63,195 bases of DNA, filler included, from Trichomonas gallinae (GCA_008369845.1; 6 parts of 6 records of this genome joined end to end with filler, not necessarily neighbours in it), one strand, 5' to 3'; counted from the first letter of the whole stretch, positions 1 to 11,270 are shown. Made by a program: numbers and translations. Notes: generated by a model from the sequence alone, not told the origin.

Positions 1-8
1 AAAAGTTA

Positions 9-80
9 TGCACTGCCCGGGAATCGAACCCGGATCAAAAGCTTGGAAGGCTCTCATGATAACCACTACACTAGCAGTGC
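9..80 (-). tRNA. tRNA-Gly (anticodon TCC)
   Basis: Minus strand GCACTGC...GCAGTGC-A acceptor stem, anticodon arm AGAGC-CT-TCC-AA-GCTTT, T arm CCGGG-TTCGATT-CCCGG; TTTT follows at 4..1 (Pol III terminator-like). Confidence 0.95.
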
Positions 81-215
81 TTTATGTAAGTGATAATGCT
101 AGAGCTCTTCTGATAATAATAATGCATTTTTTGCTACTTTTTGAGTTATCTGATTTTCAACGAAAAAATTAAACAAATCAGAATAAAATTCTTTTTAGAA
201 ATAAATCATTAAGAA

Positions 216-2471
216 TTAGTCGGACTTAACGGAATAGTAGCCCGAGCTGTGTTCCTCATTAGCTGGATTTTCCGCCTTCTTCATTTCCTGTGAGCTCAAA
301 CTATAAGATTGCTCATCAGACTGACGCTTCTCCTCTTCAGCTGGCTTTAGTTCCTTATGGTTTTCCTTTGCTGATGAACGTGAAGACGAAGAAGACTCAG
401 ACTTTTCCTCTTCGACTGCTTTCTGCTCCTCTTTGACTTCTTCCTTAACTTCCGGTTCGACTTTGGAAGACTTCTTCGGCTGCTTCTTGCGGTGAACTTT
501 CTTTTTAACGATAGTCTTCTTCTTTCCATCGGCTCCAATGACTTCCTCCCTCTGAACAGAGATGACCTGGTCTGTTTCGCTTGGTGCGCCTTTGACGACA
601 CTTTTAACAGACTTCTTCATCCTGACGTAGAACTTTCCTGTGTTGCAGACCTCCTGAGGGATCTTGTCTGGTGAGGTGCACATGTGTGGCTCCATCTTAT
701 CATCGAAAACTGTTGCGTGCGGTGCGACTTTCATCTCGTCTGGTCTCTCGTCTTCGTAATATGTCTTGAAGAAGACAATCTCGACTGCTGCGAAGCTCCA
801 GCCGATTGTTGATGTAGCGAAGCACTGCTCGGATGTCTGGTACTTGACAACTGGTGAGATTGTCGCTGTGTTAGCCTGGATGACCTTGTAGAGCGATTCT
901 GAGGCTTTGACTGCAGTTTCCGGTGTTCCTGGAGTGTAAGTTGGTGCGTTGTTGCTGATTTCGCCATCGACGACGTTGAAGATGACAGCGAGCTCGATGA
1001 TGAAGTTCTGGATTGTCTTGCTAAGCTTAGAAAGTCTCTTGTCGAATGATGCATAATCTGGATTGACAGCTTCGAACTTTCCGAGTGTGAGGGCTGTCTG
1101 GACAAGGCGGTTGAGGTTGTGGAGAGTCTCCTGATCAACAACAGTGAGTTCTTTGATGAATTCAGTTGGATTTTCTAAGATTAAGCCGAGAACGTACTTA
1201 GCGAAGAATGTAGACAAGACTCTGAAGACTGCTCCGTATGAATTGAACTTGATTGTTGTATAAGCCTTGAGCATTGCGCAGAAATGCTGAATCTTCGGTG
1301 GAATGAACTGAATACTGGCCAAGACATACTTCATTATTGTGAAGACGATCTTTTCGACCTCAGCTGGCTCCTTTTCAGCGAAATTGATTGGAGATTTAGT
1401 ATTGATATAATTAACTAAGTTTCTAACGAATGTTTGGCCATAAGAAACAGCGAAGTTCTTAGCGAAGTATGTGAAAAGACCCTTCATGAGTGGATCCTCG
1501 TTGACCATATATTCAACAGAAGAATGTGGCTGCTCAAAGATGGCTGTGAGGATGGTATTGAGATTTAATGTGACTTTCTGTGTGAACTGTGAGACTGTCA
1601 TGATTCCTTCGATCATCATTGGAATATCTTCTTCTTTAACTGTGTTTGGTGTGAAGAGAGCGCGAATTGCGTTGCCGCTGGCTGCGCTGAAGCTTTCGAT
1701 GATAGCTCTGCTGAGTGTGTTTGGAATCTTGGCCTCTTTAACTTGTGTAAAGAATTGCATAAGATTTGGCTTGTTTTCTGTGAACATTTGGACCCAAAGT
1801 TCAGCAACAGAGGCATCTAATGGCTTGCAAGTAAAGATTTCCTTGCCTTTCTCGTCGAAGAATTTAATTTCGTTTGCTTCAGTTTTTTCGGCTTTTGTTG
1901 GTTTTCCTTTGCCTTTTTCATCGAACAAACCTTTCTTGTTCTCTGAGCAGAGGATCAAGGTGCCTTCTGCATCCAAGAAGAGCCACTGTGGTGTTTTAGC
2001 CGTTATTTGGCAAGCAGCCTGAAGAATGACAGACTTTGAGCCGAAGTGGCGTGGTGCGACGCATGCCATGAGCCAGGACATGATCTTGATTGGATCTTTC
2101 GACATATGAATCATTTTCTTGATTAAGTCAACCATTGGCTTAACTGTTGGAGCTGCCTGGGAAATGGCTGGTGGCCATGTATTTAAGAGTGTGAAGAAGA
2201 CTTTTTGTGGGATTTTTTCGATGAAGAAATTCTTGAATTCGACAATAATCCTTGTTGGCTTGAAAATGAGGACATCGAATGGTGTATTTTCGATCTGATC
2301 GATAACTTCGTTGAGAGATTCAACAACTGGCTTTCCCATGAATTCTCCGAGCTCGCTGAAGTCTGGTTCTTGTTCCTCAGCATCCCCTGAAGTGAAGAGC
2401 TGGTCGAAAGAGACTAAAGAGATCTTGTTGGCCTTTTCGAGAGCTTCAGATGGCGAAAAAACTTCGGTCAT
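216..2471 (-). CDS. PH-like + RasGAP-like domain protein (751 aa), probably catalytically degenerate, with a charged low-complexity tail
   Basis: Long ORF with strong codon bias. ASIQFIPPKIQHFCAMLK...KF...VLSTFFAKYVLGLILENP resembles the RasGAP core; WLFLD...AELWVQMF resembles a PH domain. By-eye match only. Confidence 0.6.
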   Translation of the reverse strand: MTEVFSPSEALEKANKISLVSFDQLFTSGDAEEQEPDFSELGEFMGKPVVESLNEVIDQIENTPFDVLIFKPTRIIVEFKNFFIEKIPQKVFFTLLNTWPPAISQAAPTVKPMVDLIKKMIHMSKDPIKIMSWLMACVAPRHFGSKSVILQAACQITAKTPQWLFLDAEGTLILCSENKKGLFDEKGKGKPTKAEKTEANEIKFFDEKGKEIFTCKPLDASVAELWVQMFTENKPNLMQFFTQVKEAKIPNTLSRAIIESFSAASGNAIRALFTPNTVKEEDIPMMIEGIMTVSQFTQKVTLNLNTILTAIFEQPHSSVEYMVNEDPLMKGLFTYFAKNFAVSYGQTFVRNLVNYINTKSPINFAEKEPAEVEKIVFTIMKYVLASIQFIPPKIQHFCAMLKAYTTIKFNSYGAVFRVLSTFFAKYVLGLILENPTEFIKELTVVDQETLHNLNRLVQTALTLGKFEAVNPDYASFDKRLSKLSKTIQNFIIELAVIFNVVDGEISNNAPTYTPGTPETAVKASESLYKVIQANTATISPVVKYQTSEQCFATSTIGWSFAAVEIVFFKTYYEDERPDEMKVAPHATVFDDKMEPHMCTSPDKIPQEVCNTGKFYVRMKKSVKSVVKGAPSETDQVISVQREEVIGADGKKKTIVKKKVHRKKQPKKSSKVEPEVKEEVKEEQKAVEEEKSESSSSSRSSAKENHKELKPAEEEKRQSDEQSYSLSSQEMKKAENPANEEHSSGYYSVKSD

Positions 2472-2859
2472 TTTTTCTGATAAAAAAAATCTTTTTTTTG
2501 CGTTAGTTTACAAAAATCGCGATTTTACACTTTAACGAGATAACAACAGATTTGGATTCTTTATGACCATATCACCTCTAATTCATCTCCATTTCGCTAC
2601 TATTCATTGCATTTTAAGAAATTCGATCGGTATAGATTACATGACATATTTAATTTTTACATGTCAAAATATTTACATGACAAAAATAAAGCTTCAATTG
2701 CAAATGATATTTTTGCTGATTATTTTTTAATTCAGAGGTGTGATAATCCATTGAAAATCGAATTTTTATCTCAAGATTTTGCCTGCACTGTATTTGGCGT
2801 CCTTGAGAAACACATTCGTATTTTTCCACTGTTTGTAGAAGGCCTTACTGCACAAGTGA

Positions 2860-3440
2860 ATTGAATTAATCATTTAAACAATCAAACAATTATGTGTGGG
2901 GACTACAGACTGTGCTAAAAACTCCGTAGATGATTTTTATCACATAGTTATAGTTGTGACTGAAAATGATTCTGGAAGAGAAATAGAATTCATTGCGACC
3001 TGCTCCATTTCTTTTTCTGTTCCAATCTGTGAGAAAAGCAAATCAAATGAATCAGTGAATGCTTTGACCAAAATTGGATTGCAGGCTTCAAATTTATCAC
3101 CTATTTGCAACTTTAAAGATTTAAGGAATGCAAATATTTTGACAAATTTTGATCCAGATGATTTTCACTTGATTTCTTGATCAAATAAGCTTGATGCAAA
3201 TATCTTTAGCAGCTGAAATGATCGAGTCAATATTATCCAAAGATTTGATGCTATTCAAGGTGATTTCACTGAGACTTTCCGGATCGAAAATATTTTCGCC
3301 AAAATCAAAAACTGCTTTTTCTTCTGGTTTTTCGATTGTGTTTTTGGAATTATAATCAGAGATATTATCTGAAATCTTAAGAGCATCAAAAGTTATATCC
3401 TCATGAGATAGATTTCTTTGGTGTTCTTATTTTCATTGAC
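2860..3440 (-). pseudogene. Possible decayed coding sequence of unknown family
   Basis: Start-less minus-strand open stretches (NLSHEDITFDALK...; KSSGSKFVKIFAFLK...EMEQVAMN) separated by a frameshift and stops. Confidence 0.3.
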
Positions 3441-3715
3441 TTTTTAGCTATTGTTTGATTTTCGCGAAAGCAGAATTTGTAAAAACATATCTGTCGTTAA
3501 TTCTTTGTTGCGCTTTGAAGATTTCTTCGATTTTAACAGGAAGTCTTAATTGGAATCTGGTCTGCGATAATGTATGGAGTCTTTTGTCGAAGATGTTTTT
3601 AATTAAATTGATGAATTTTATTATGCATAAGATACTTGTATAAACCAAGAATTATAGTACAGTATTAATTATAAATTTAGTAATGAAATATTAACAAAAA
3701 AATATCATAAACAAA

Positions 3716-6244
3716 TTATTGGGATTCAATTCTATTAGGGAAAGCAGCATCTATAAGTTGTGACAAATCATTCGGTTTTCGACCCTCAATTAATGACTCA
3801 ACGAGCTCCTGGAACTCGTTCGAGCTCAATTGAGTTCCCTGGGCCATTAAACATCTGAACTCGTCTGGCCCTACGAATTGTATAAGTGACTGAATGTGAA
3901 CAAGCATTGGCGAAATATTGAAGCGTGTATAGACCTCATTTAATCCGCGCGCGATATTAAATATCGCGGCTCGAACAAAATCGGTGTCTAGAGGCGGCTG
4001 GCTTGTATCTTGGGCACGGTTAGTTATTGCTTGTGCAGCAGTAAGATAAACGGCCGTTCTGTCTTGAGTTTCCTCATGTGCAACTGTAAGCATATCAATA
4101 ATCATCTCAAGAGGCGTGCATGTCCATAATATTGGCATTTCCTTGAGATTTTGGGCCAAAACGTGAGTTTGATAGCATGATTTCTCATCTGATGCGCGAA
4201 CATTGATAGATGCGATTAGACTTTGCAGGCTCTGCATTGGCAAGAACTGTGCGACATATGGGGCAAGCCTATAATGGCAATCTTGGAAGACAGAATTTTG
4301 GATAACTGCATCAAGCCATTGTGCAAGCATTTCTGATATTGATGTACCTAGTATTTTAGCAACTGAGATTGCTAGTTCGACGAGACTCTCTTGAATATTG
4401 CTTAAATCTAATAATAAAACTTTTTCGAGGGCATTTCGAGCATCGACGACAATCTGTTGAGCGAAAGAGTTAAACCATTCGTTTTTAACAACTCTCGAGC
4501 ACTTATCAGCAACATCTTTCAATCTGGATAATGCTTTTTCAATATCTGACGGGCTTCCGCTTTCAACTACGCTTTCTAGGCCCTCTAAGATAATTCCATG
4601 AACACCTGTTCCAATATCGTCTGATTCGTATAACGAGAGCAGGTAAATAACTGAACATAAATTATATGGAACTTCGAGGTTGGAATCATATGGATCTAAG
4701 TTCTTTCCTTCGACCAAAAACTGGAATAGTTGTGGTCCAATTTCGAATTGAGCGTCTTTATGACGAGTTATAATTTGGAATAAAACTTTTTGCGAGAAAT
4801 TGTTAGTATCATCGTAGAATTCTTCTGCAATGATGTTAACGAACTGTGTTGTGAATTCTGGATACTTTCTGCCGACTTTTTTAATGAAAAATAATGTTGA
4901 CGGCGGATATTCTTCCATTTCGAGTAAAACATTGCAAGCATATAAGCCAAGCTGCTGTCTGTATTGGATATCTGTCTTCATCGGCGTCCAAAGATGAGCA
5001 ATTGTGCTGAATAAAACTGGAGATGGATTTTGTAGCATTTGTGCGATCATTTGGTTTAGCGATTCGCGGATCTGCAGCGCCTGCTTGACCATTTCCGGCG
5101 TCTGTTGGTTGGAATTGTTTACATCGCCAGGATTCCAAATTTCGTTGAAACAATTTATAACTTCTTTGTATATCCTTGATGTATCCTTTTCGAGTATTTT
5201 GACAAGTTGTGTGAAAACAATTTCGAGAACTTCTTTGATGAAAACATCATCATCTGTAAAAGCTTGAATGAATCGGTTCAACTGGTAAAGTAGTGAATCC
5301 CAGTTTTCGTTATCTATTGGGACTGTATCTATAACCTGGTTGAACTCTTCGAGTAATGACTGTAAAATGCCGCCAAATTCTGGACGAGTTAAATAATTTG
5401 TTTCTGTCTGTAAAACGTTATACCAAAGGTTCATTATTTGCGTAAAGTCCTGATCTTCTATATGTGCTTCGCGTAAATGAACTGATAACCGCAAAAATAA
5501 TCCGTATAAATTAAAATAAAATTCGGCGTCTACATCATTTTGATATGCAAAGCACGTTCCTATGATCTCTATTAGTATCTTTATTTGGTCTTCGTTGCCG
5601 AAGGCTTGATAAAAATGCTCGAAGGCCCAATTAAAATTGACAAAATCTTGTGTGCTCGGTAAAAACATTAGAAATGTATTCAGCCATGTATATGAGGTTG
5701 GATTCTGCATTAATACTTGCGGGCAAACGTATAAAAGCATTGCCTGAATTTCTTCGTTTAATTTGCTGTCGAAATACTTTTTAACGAAATCGTATGAATA
5801 CTCTTCGAGATAATAATTGAGAAATTCCAAGTAGTAGGACTCTGGGAAATTATTACCCATGAATCCCGGCATTTTGAATTGTGGTAAGGGTGAAAGAATC
5901 GAGATATCGATTAATGATAGTAAGGAATATCTGTAATATTTATGGTTTGTGTTGCCTCTGTATTCGTCGATGCATTGCAACAAAAGCTGAGCCAGATTAA
6001 CAATCATTTCCTCTGTAAAATCAGTCCAACTTTCAGTAATTTTTCGGCGAATAATAATCAAGCACTGGATGACAAGAGTCTCACGGTAACTGCCTCTATT
6101 CGCAAATACTTTGACCGAATATTCTAAACTCGCTGGACTGTTAAACCATTCGTATAATTTTGCGTTTATTTCGTTCATTTGATCAGCTGGCGCGGCTTGG
6201 TTATACATGTATTGAAGTAAACGCTCTATTTCAGCGTCATTCAT
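3716..6244 (-). CDS. Importin-beta/karyopherin-like HEAT-repeat protein (transportin-SR/importin-13-like)
   Basis: N-terminal IBN_N-like helices (EIERLLQYMY...INAKLYEW...IRRKITESWTDF); all-helical body. The track start at 6253 is TTG; the first ATG is at 6244, preceded by Inr-like TCATT. Confidence 0.75.
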   Translation of the reverse strand: MNDAEIERLLQYMYNQAAPADQMNEINAKLYEWFNSPASLEYSVKVFANRGSYRETLVIQCLIIIRRKITESWTDFTEEMIVNLAQLLLQCIDEYRGNTNHKYYRYSLLSLIDISILSPLPQFKMPGFMGNNFPESYYLEFLNYYLEEYSYDFVKKYFDSKLNEEIQAMLLYVCPQVLMQNPTSYTWLNTFLMFLPSTQDFVNFNWAFEHFYQAFGNEDQIKILIEIIGTCFAYQNDVDAEFYFNLYGLFLRLSVHLREAHIEDQDFTQIMNLWYNVLQTETNYLTRPEFGGILQSLLEEFNQVIDTVPIDNENWDSLLYQLNRFIQAFTDDDVFIKEVLEIVFTQLVKILEKDTSRIYKEVINCFNEIWNPGDVNNSNQQTPEMVKQALQIRESLNQMIAQMLQNPSPVLFSTIAHLWTPMKTDIQYRQQLGLYACNVLLEMEEYPPSTLFFIKKVGRKYPEFTTQFVNIIAEEFYDDTNNFSQKVLFQIITRHKDAQFEIGPQLFQFLVEGKNLDPYDSNLEVPYNLCSVIYLLSLYESDDIGTGVHGIILEGLESVVESGSPSDIEKALSRLKDVADKCSRVVKNEWFNSFAQQIVVDARNALEKVLLLDLSNIQESLVELAISVAKILGTSISEMLAQWLDAVIQNSVFQDCHYRLAPYVAQFLPMQSLQSLIASINVRASDEKSCYQTHVLAQNLKEMPILWTCTPLEMIIDMLTVAHEETQDRTAVYLTAAQAITNRAQDTSQPPLDTDFVRAAIFNIARGLNEVYTRFNISPMLVHIQSLIQFVGPDEFRCLMAQGTQLSSNEFQELVESLIEGRKPNDLSQLIDAAFPNRIESQ

Positions 6245-6251
6245 TTTTGCC

Positions 6252-6256
6252 AATGA
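6252..6256 (-). promoter_or_regulatory. Trichomonad initiator (Inr)-like TCATT
   Basis: TCATT 7 nt upstream of ATG 6244. TCAYT also sits shortly before ATGs at 9177 (9185-9189), 19830 (19823-19827), 25887 (25868-25872) and 54473 (54484-54488). Confidence 0.6.
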
Positions 6257-6280
6257 AAAAAAAAAAAATATTGTAAATAT

Positions 6281-6475
6281 TTTTGAATAGCTCTGTTTGA
6301 AATATTTTAATTATATATTTTGGTTATATAATAACAAACATTTTTGATTTTTTTTAATTTTTTTGAATTTTGAATAACTCTGTTTGAAATATTTAAATTA
6401 TATTTTTGGATTCTATTATAATAACTATTTTTAATTTTTCAATTTTTTGGATTTTGAAAAACTCTGTTTGAAAAA
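6281..6475. repeat. Imperfect tandem repeat, ~85-bp unit, ~2.3 copies
   Basis: TTTTGAAWARCTCTGTTTGAAA recurs at 6281, 6368 and 6452 with similar AT-rich spacers. Confidence 0.8.
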
Positions 6476-7092
6476 TAAAAAAATTGTCATCATTCGAATA
6501 ATATCATTTTCGATTTTTAAATTTTTGTGAAGAATAAATTTTCTCGATTTTTTCAGTCGAATCTTTTTTGTTTTGTAATTATGGAGCTTTTCTTTTGGAT
6601 TCTTACTATCTGTTTGTTAATCTACGAGTTCTTGGGTTTAATTTTGCTCGATTGCGATTTCAATATTGAAATTTATTTATCGTATCTTTAATTTCGGTAT
6701 ATTTGGATTTATTGCTTTGTGTTTATGAATATTTCTCGGTTAAATTTCATTTTTATGATTATTTCTCGGCTCTGACACTTTACATGGCATTTTTCCAAAT
6801 ATCATGTTTGCTATATTATTGAACTGAATATATATATACCAATCTCAATAGAGGAGTGGCTAGTTAACTATTATATGAATTGAAATGTATCAAAAACGTG
6901 CTACCAGTCAACACTTATTAGTTTTAGGCATTATTCGAATGAAAATCATTCATAAAAACTCAGTATTCATGCAACTAATAATCGATATCAACTTTTTTCG
7001 CTTAAAATTCTATAAGACTTAAGTAAGTAATATAAAGAAAGTTAGTGATATTTACAACAATTTCAAAATCTATTGAATATAAAATAATAAAA

Positions 7093-9177
7093 TTATACAC
7101 CTCCAAATTTGGTAATCAAATCCTTCATTTCTTGTGATTTTGCAATAGATTTAGGTGTGCCAACATGTTTGGAGGCAGGATTCATATAAGCGCCTTTCTG
7201 TTTGAGACTTTTGACGATTGAAAATAAATCATTTTCAGCGGCGTAGTGTAGAGCTGTTCTATTTGACTTATTCTTTGCGTCAACATCAGCACCTCTCTGT
7301 ATCAAGTAGTTTGCGACATCTTCGTGTTTGTTCATCGTGGCAATTATCAATGGTGTGCATCCATTACAGTCTTTTGCGTTGATGTCCGATCTATCCTTGA
7401 TAAGTTGCGTCACTTCATCTAATTGTCCGCATTCACATGCATTCATCAAAAGTGTTCTGCCATAATGATCATGACCTTTTGCATCATAAGGTGGCTTGAG
7501 AACGACTTTGTCAGCTGGAGGGATGATGATTGTGCCGTCTTTCTCTTTATTAGGCAAGTCAAGAGCTCCGTGACTTTTCAAGTAAGTGATAAGTTCTTGG
7601 TTATCAAGCTGAACAGCTAAGGCAAGAGGTGAGGTGATGTCTGCCCTGGTGTTGACGTCCGCACCGAGCTCTACCATCCTCTTTGCTAGCTGCACTTGAT
7701 TCTTTGAGATCGCAACTGTCAGAGGAGTCCTGTCTCTTCCATCTGTTGACTTCGTGTTCGGGTTCGCTTTGAAGTCTAAAAGGCAGTTAGCGACTTGGAA
7801 GCAGTTGTTTAGCAAAGAAATGTGGAGCACGCTGTGGCCAGTAATCGTTGACGCATTGACGTCTGCGCCATTCTCGATGAATAATTTGACAACATCAACG
7901 TTGTCGTTACGTGCAGCATTATGTAATGGTGTCCATCCTTTTGGATTTGCCAAAGTGGCTGAACAGCCTTTGTCTAATAGATAGCGGATCGTGTCTATGT
8001 GGCCGAGCTTGGCAGCAAGGTGGAGAGCACAATCGCCGTATTCGGTAACAACTGTTGGCGTACAACCATTTTCGACAAGTAATTTCAACATAAAGTCATG
8101 GCCTAATTCAGCAGCCCTGAGTAGAGGTGGGCGTCTGAAGTCTTCTCCTTGTTTTGGATCTCCTCCGCTGGAAAGATAGAGAATTGCGACCAAAATATTG
8201 CCAGATTTAGCAATTGACTCTAAAGATGGCATTTTATCGCGCAAACTGTCAATATTGGAAACAAGCCAGTCGAATACATGATTTTGATGGCAGCTGACAG
8301 CGATTTCAAGGCCGTTTTCAAAAGTTCCACCATATTGTTTGCAAAGCTCAAGAATATCTATGTTTCCACCACGAATAGCGCATTTGCATACGATCTCATC
8401 AACAGTGGCGTTAAGTTTGAGGAGCTGCTTAAAGAAGGAGTAATTTCCGAAAAATGCAGCAATAGCAAGTAACGTGAACTTCCTTCTTTCTGGGAAGAAA
8501 TTGTCTTTGTAGCCTGTAAATGGGCAAAATGGTGTGTCGGTGAATGTCTCGTCTATAGAAAAGCCCGGCGAATTTATGAATTCTTGAAAGAACGCTTGAT
8601 TTCTAGTTTGAACGGCATATTGGATTGAATCATATGCAAATCCATATCGATGCCACTCTCTGTATAGTTGAAAATCGTTCTGAGCGAAAAATTTGATATG
8701 TTTTTCGAAATTGATGACGGACGGTTGATGTGCAACGTTTTTTGGCATCTGTATTTCAGGAATAAAGAACAAATACTGATAATTATTTCTCTCGCATTTC
8801 GTTTGAATTTGTTCTAAAGTGAATAAACCCTTTTCAAACAGTCTTCTAAGTAGCAGTCCATGGCTTTCATCGTAAAGGAACAAGGAAAATGTAGGATCAT
8901 TAACGGCAAGTTGATATGCAAGTTCGGAAATTACATCTTGCTGAGTAAATCTATTAACTGAGAAGATATTTATCATGTGTGCAAGTGATCTGTAGTGTTG
9001 AGGGTCTTTAAATAGATTTTTGATCTTCATAACTGTAGATTCGAGAGTTAGATGATCTAAATCTTGAAGAAGCTTTTGTAAATCGATGATTTTATCGGTA
9101 CCATCGGGAATAACTATTTGAGGCTTCTCTTGTTGTGGTGGATTTGGCTGCTCTGTCACTTCATTTTCCTGTTCCAT
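7093..9177 (-). CDS. Ankyrin-repeat protein with DUF3447-type region (694 aa)
   Basis: Many GxTPLHxAA repeats; LLAIAAFFG...CAIRGGNIDIL...AVSCHQNHVFDWL matches the trichomonad DUF3447-ankyrin architecture. Confidence 0.9.
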   Translation of the reverse strand: MEQENEVTEQPNPPQQEKPQIVIPDGTDKIIDLQKLLQDLDHLTLESTVMKIKNLFKDPQHYRSLAHMINIFSVNRFTQQDVISELAYQLAVNDPTFSLFLYDESHGLLLRRLFEKGLFTLEQIQTKCERNNYQYLFFIPEIQMPKNVAHQPSVINFEKHIKFFAQNDFQLYREWHRYGFAYDSIQYAVQTRNQAFFQEFINSPGFSIDETFTDTPFCPFTGYKDNFFPERRKFTLLAIAAFFGNYSFFKQLLKLNATVDEIVCKCAIRGGNIDILELCKQYGGTFENGLEIAVSCHQNHVFDWLVSNIDSLRDKMPSLESIAKSGNILVAILYLSSGGDPKQGEDFRRPPLLRAAELGHDFMLKLLVENGCTPTVVTEYGDCALHLAAKLGHIDTIRYLLDKGCSATLANPKGWTPLHNAARNDNVDVVKLFIENGADVNASTITGHSVLHISLLNNCFQVANCLLDFKANPNTKSTDGRDRTPLTVAISKNQVQLAKRMVELGADVNTRADITSPLALAVQLDNQELITYLKSHGALDLPNKEKDGTIIIPPADKVVLKPPYDAKGHDHYGRTLLMNACECGQLDEVTQLIKDRSDINAKDCNGCTPLIIATMNKHEDVANYLIQRGADVDAKNKSNRTALHYAAENDLFSIVKSLKQKGAYMNPASKHVGTPKSIAKSQEMKDLITKFGGV

Positions 9178-9262
9178 TTTGAAAAATGAAATAAATCATG
9201 AATTGATTGGAGCTGATTTGAAAATATTATCATAGATGCTAAATATAAATGCTTTTCGTGAA

Positions 9263-9335
9263 GGCCCTGTAGCGAAATGGATATCGCGTGTCCCTCCTAA
9301 GGATAAGACTGTGGGTTCGAGTCCCACCTGGGCCT
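9263..9335 (+). tRNA. tRNA-Arg (anticodon CCT)
   Basis: GGCCCTG...CTGGGCC acceptor (one T:T mismatch), anticodon arm TGTCC-CT-CCT-AA-GGATA, T arm GTGGG-TTCGAGT-CCCAC, followed by a T run. Confidence 0.93.
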
Positions 9336-9910
9336 TTTTAATTTTTCTATTTTTATTATTTTTCCTTTTTTTGAAGTTCTAACGTGCGATTTATCTTGTT
9401 GCTAGATCTAATTTTTCATTCATAGGAAATTTATTTATGTTGAAAATTCGTCGAATTTAGCAAAATTTAGTATAAGCTAATAATAATTTTGAAATAGTTC
9501 ATAATTGTTAAAAAAAATATATAAGGAAACTAATACTGAAGATGAAAATACCAATGTAATTCGTAGGAAGACACTCAGTGTTGTTTGAACACATAAACAT
9601 ATTTATTCGATCAAATGTTACACAGACAAAATCATCCATGCTAATACTTATTTTCATAAGAATCCACTACATGCAAATAACTAGTTATTTTATTGCAATT
9701 TCGAACTATTTTTAGAAACCAGTGCAATTTTCGTTTTGAGTTCGATCGATACACAATTAAATTCTCGGCGTTTTTCCTCGGCTCAGTTTAGTCTATCGTT
9801 TACATCTATAGTTGACATGTAAAACCTTTCTTTTTAATAAGATTTTCTCCGTTATTAGCAATAATGCTAATTGTTTTTTTTTTTATTTTTATTGATTTTG
9901 ATAACTTATA

Positions 9911-9986
9911 AAGAGTGTCCGGCTAAGTGTGAGCATCTCAAGTTAGGGGTGTGCTAGGTTCGATCTGAAAACAGATATAGATAGCC
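9911..9986 (+). mobile_element. Dispersed repeat; probable decayed Tc1/mariner-type terminus
   Basis: 63/75 ungapped identity between 9912-9986 and 63121-63195; follows TA and begins AAGAGTGTCC (other copy TAGGGTGTCC). The right boundary is unknown. Confidence 0.6.
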
Positions 9987-10199
9987 TATGGACTAACACT
10001 GAATATCCTGAACTATTTGGTTTTGAATCACATTCTAATATGGTTTTTCCCCGTATTTTTTAGAGTAGAGGGGTTTTATAGCACCTTTTTTTTCAAAAAG
10101 CTCTTGCTCTGTGTCATGAGTTGCGCTTTTCGATGGTATTTTGATGCAGATGAATAAAGTGAACTCTAATGATGTTAAATCTGTTGAGAAAACAAGATG

Positions 10200-11270
10200 A
10201 TCAATGATAATCAAGGGTTTGTACTTCGTTTTTGACGCAACAATTATTCCAAATTTTTGCTTTTATTCATGCGATGAATTAATATTAATATCTGTCAAAA
10301 TCGATGATAGCATAAAAATTATTTCCTGCTTCTTTGATATCAATCGGAAATTATTCATTCAAAGAAACTAAATTATCTTTTGAGAAAATTCCAGAAAATG
10401 TTAAATATAATGAGGAAAACTATTTTGATTAAAGGTCCATTGCTATGCAAGAAAGTTATCATTATGTAATACTTCCTGTCACTCTTAAGATGATAAATGC
10501 TTATGCTTTTTATGATTGTCAATACCTTTACAGTATCGCTTTGCCTCCATATTTAGAATTTCCTGGAGAATATACAACACGCAAGTAACAGATCTTATTA
10601 TTCCGGACTTTGTTGCTTTCTTAGGCCGTCAAGATTACGTTTTAAATTGCATCAAATTACCACGAAATCAGAAAGATTATGAATTTCAGATTTAGCAGGC
10701 TAAAAACTATATATTACCTTCAGAGCTTGAAATTATCGATGAAAAAGGATTGTTTTATTCTTTTAATTTGGAGTCAGTTATTATTCCAAAAAAAGTCAAA
10801 CGAATGGGCAATAGTGCTTTTGAACATTGTGGATGACTGACTAATATTACTTTTGAATAATATGTTGAATAATTTGGGATTTTCTGCATTGCATCGAGCA
10901 ACATCACAGTAATTATTATCCCCAATTCAGCAACTTTTAATCATGATCTTCAACAATGTTATAATCTTCAAAAAATTGTTTTTGGTGTTGTTAAATTAGT
11001 TGTTGGTGCGATTATATTACCGTTATTATTATCAGGATCCGAACAATGAAACTATTGTCCAATATATTTGAAATGCAAATACGGATCACGAAGTGAGTGT
11101 TGCTTTTTAGTATTTGGTTAGTAAATAGGTTAAATATGTTCCGGAAACATATCGAATGAATACTTTTTGTGCGAAGCCTGTCATAAGATAATTTAATGGA
11201 GCTATCATTCGATTCACACTTTAATCGAAGATTCAAATGTTTTTCGAGCAAATTCATGCTCATATATGAG
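10200..11270 (+). pseudogene. BspA-like (TpLRR) surface-protein pseudogene
   Basis: Fragments YVILPVTLKMINAYAFYDCQYLYSIALP and ILPSELEII...LESVIIPKKVKRMGNSAFEHCG*LTNITFE*YVE* carry stops and frameshifts; boundaries approximate. Confidence 0.8.

Noticed and set aside
9992..9999. ACTAACAC resembling the trichomonad intron branch/3' motif
   Set aside because: Not followed by ACAG and not within a gene.
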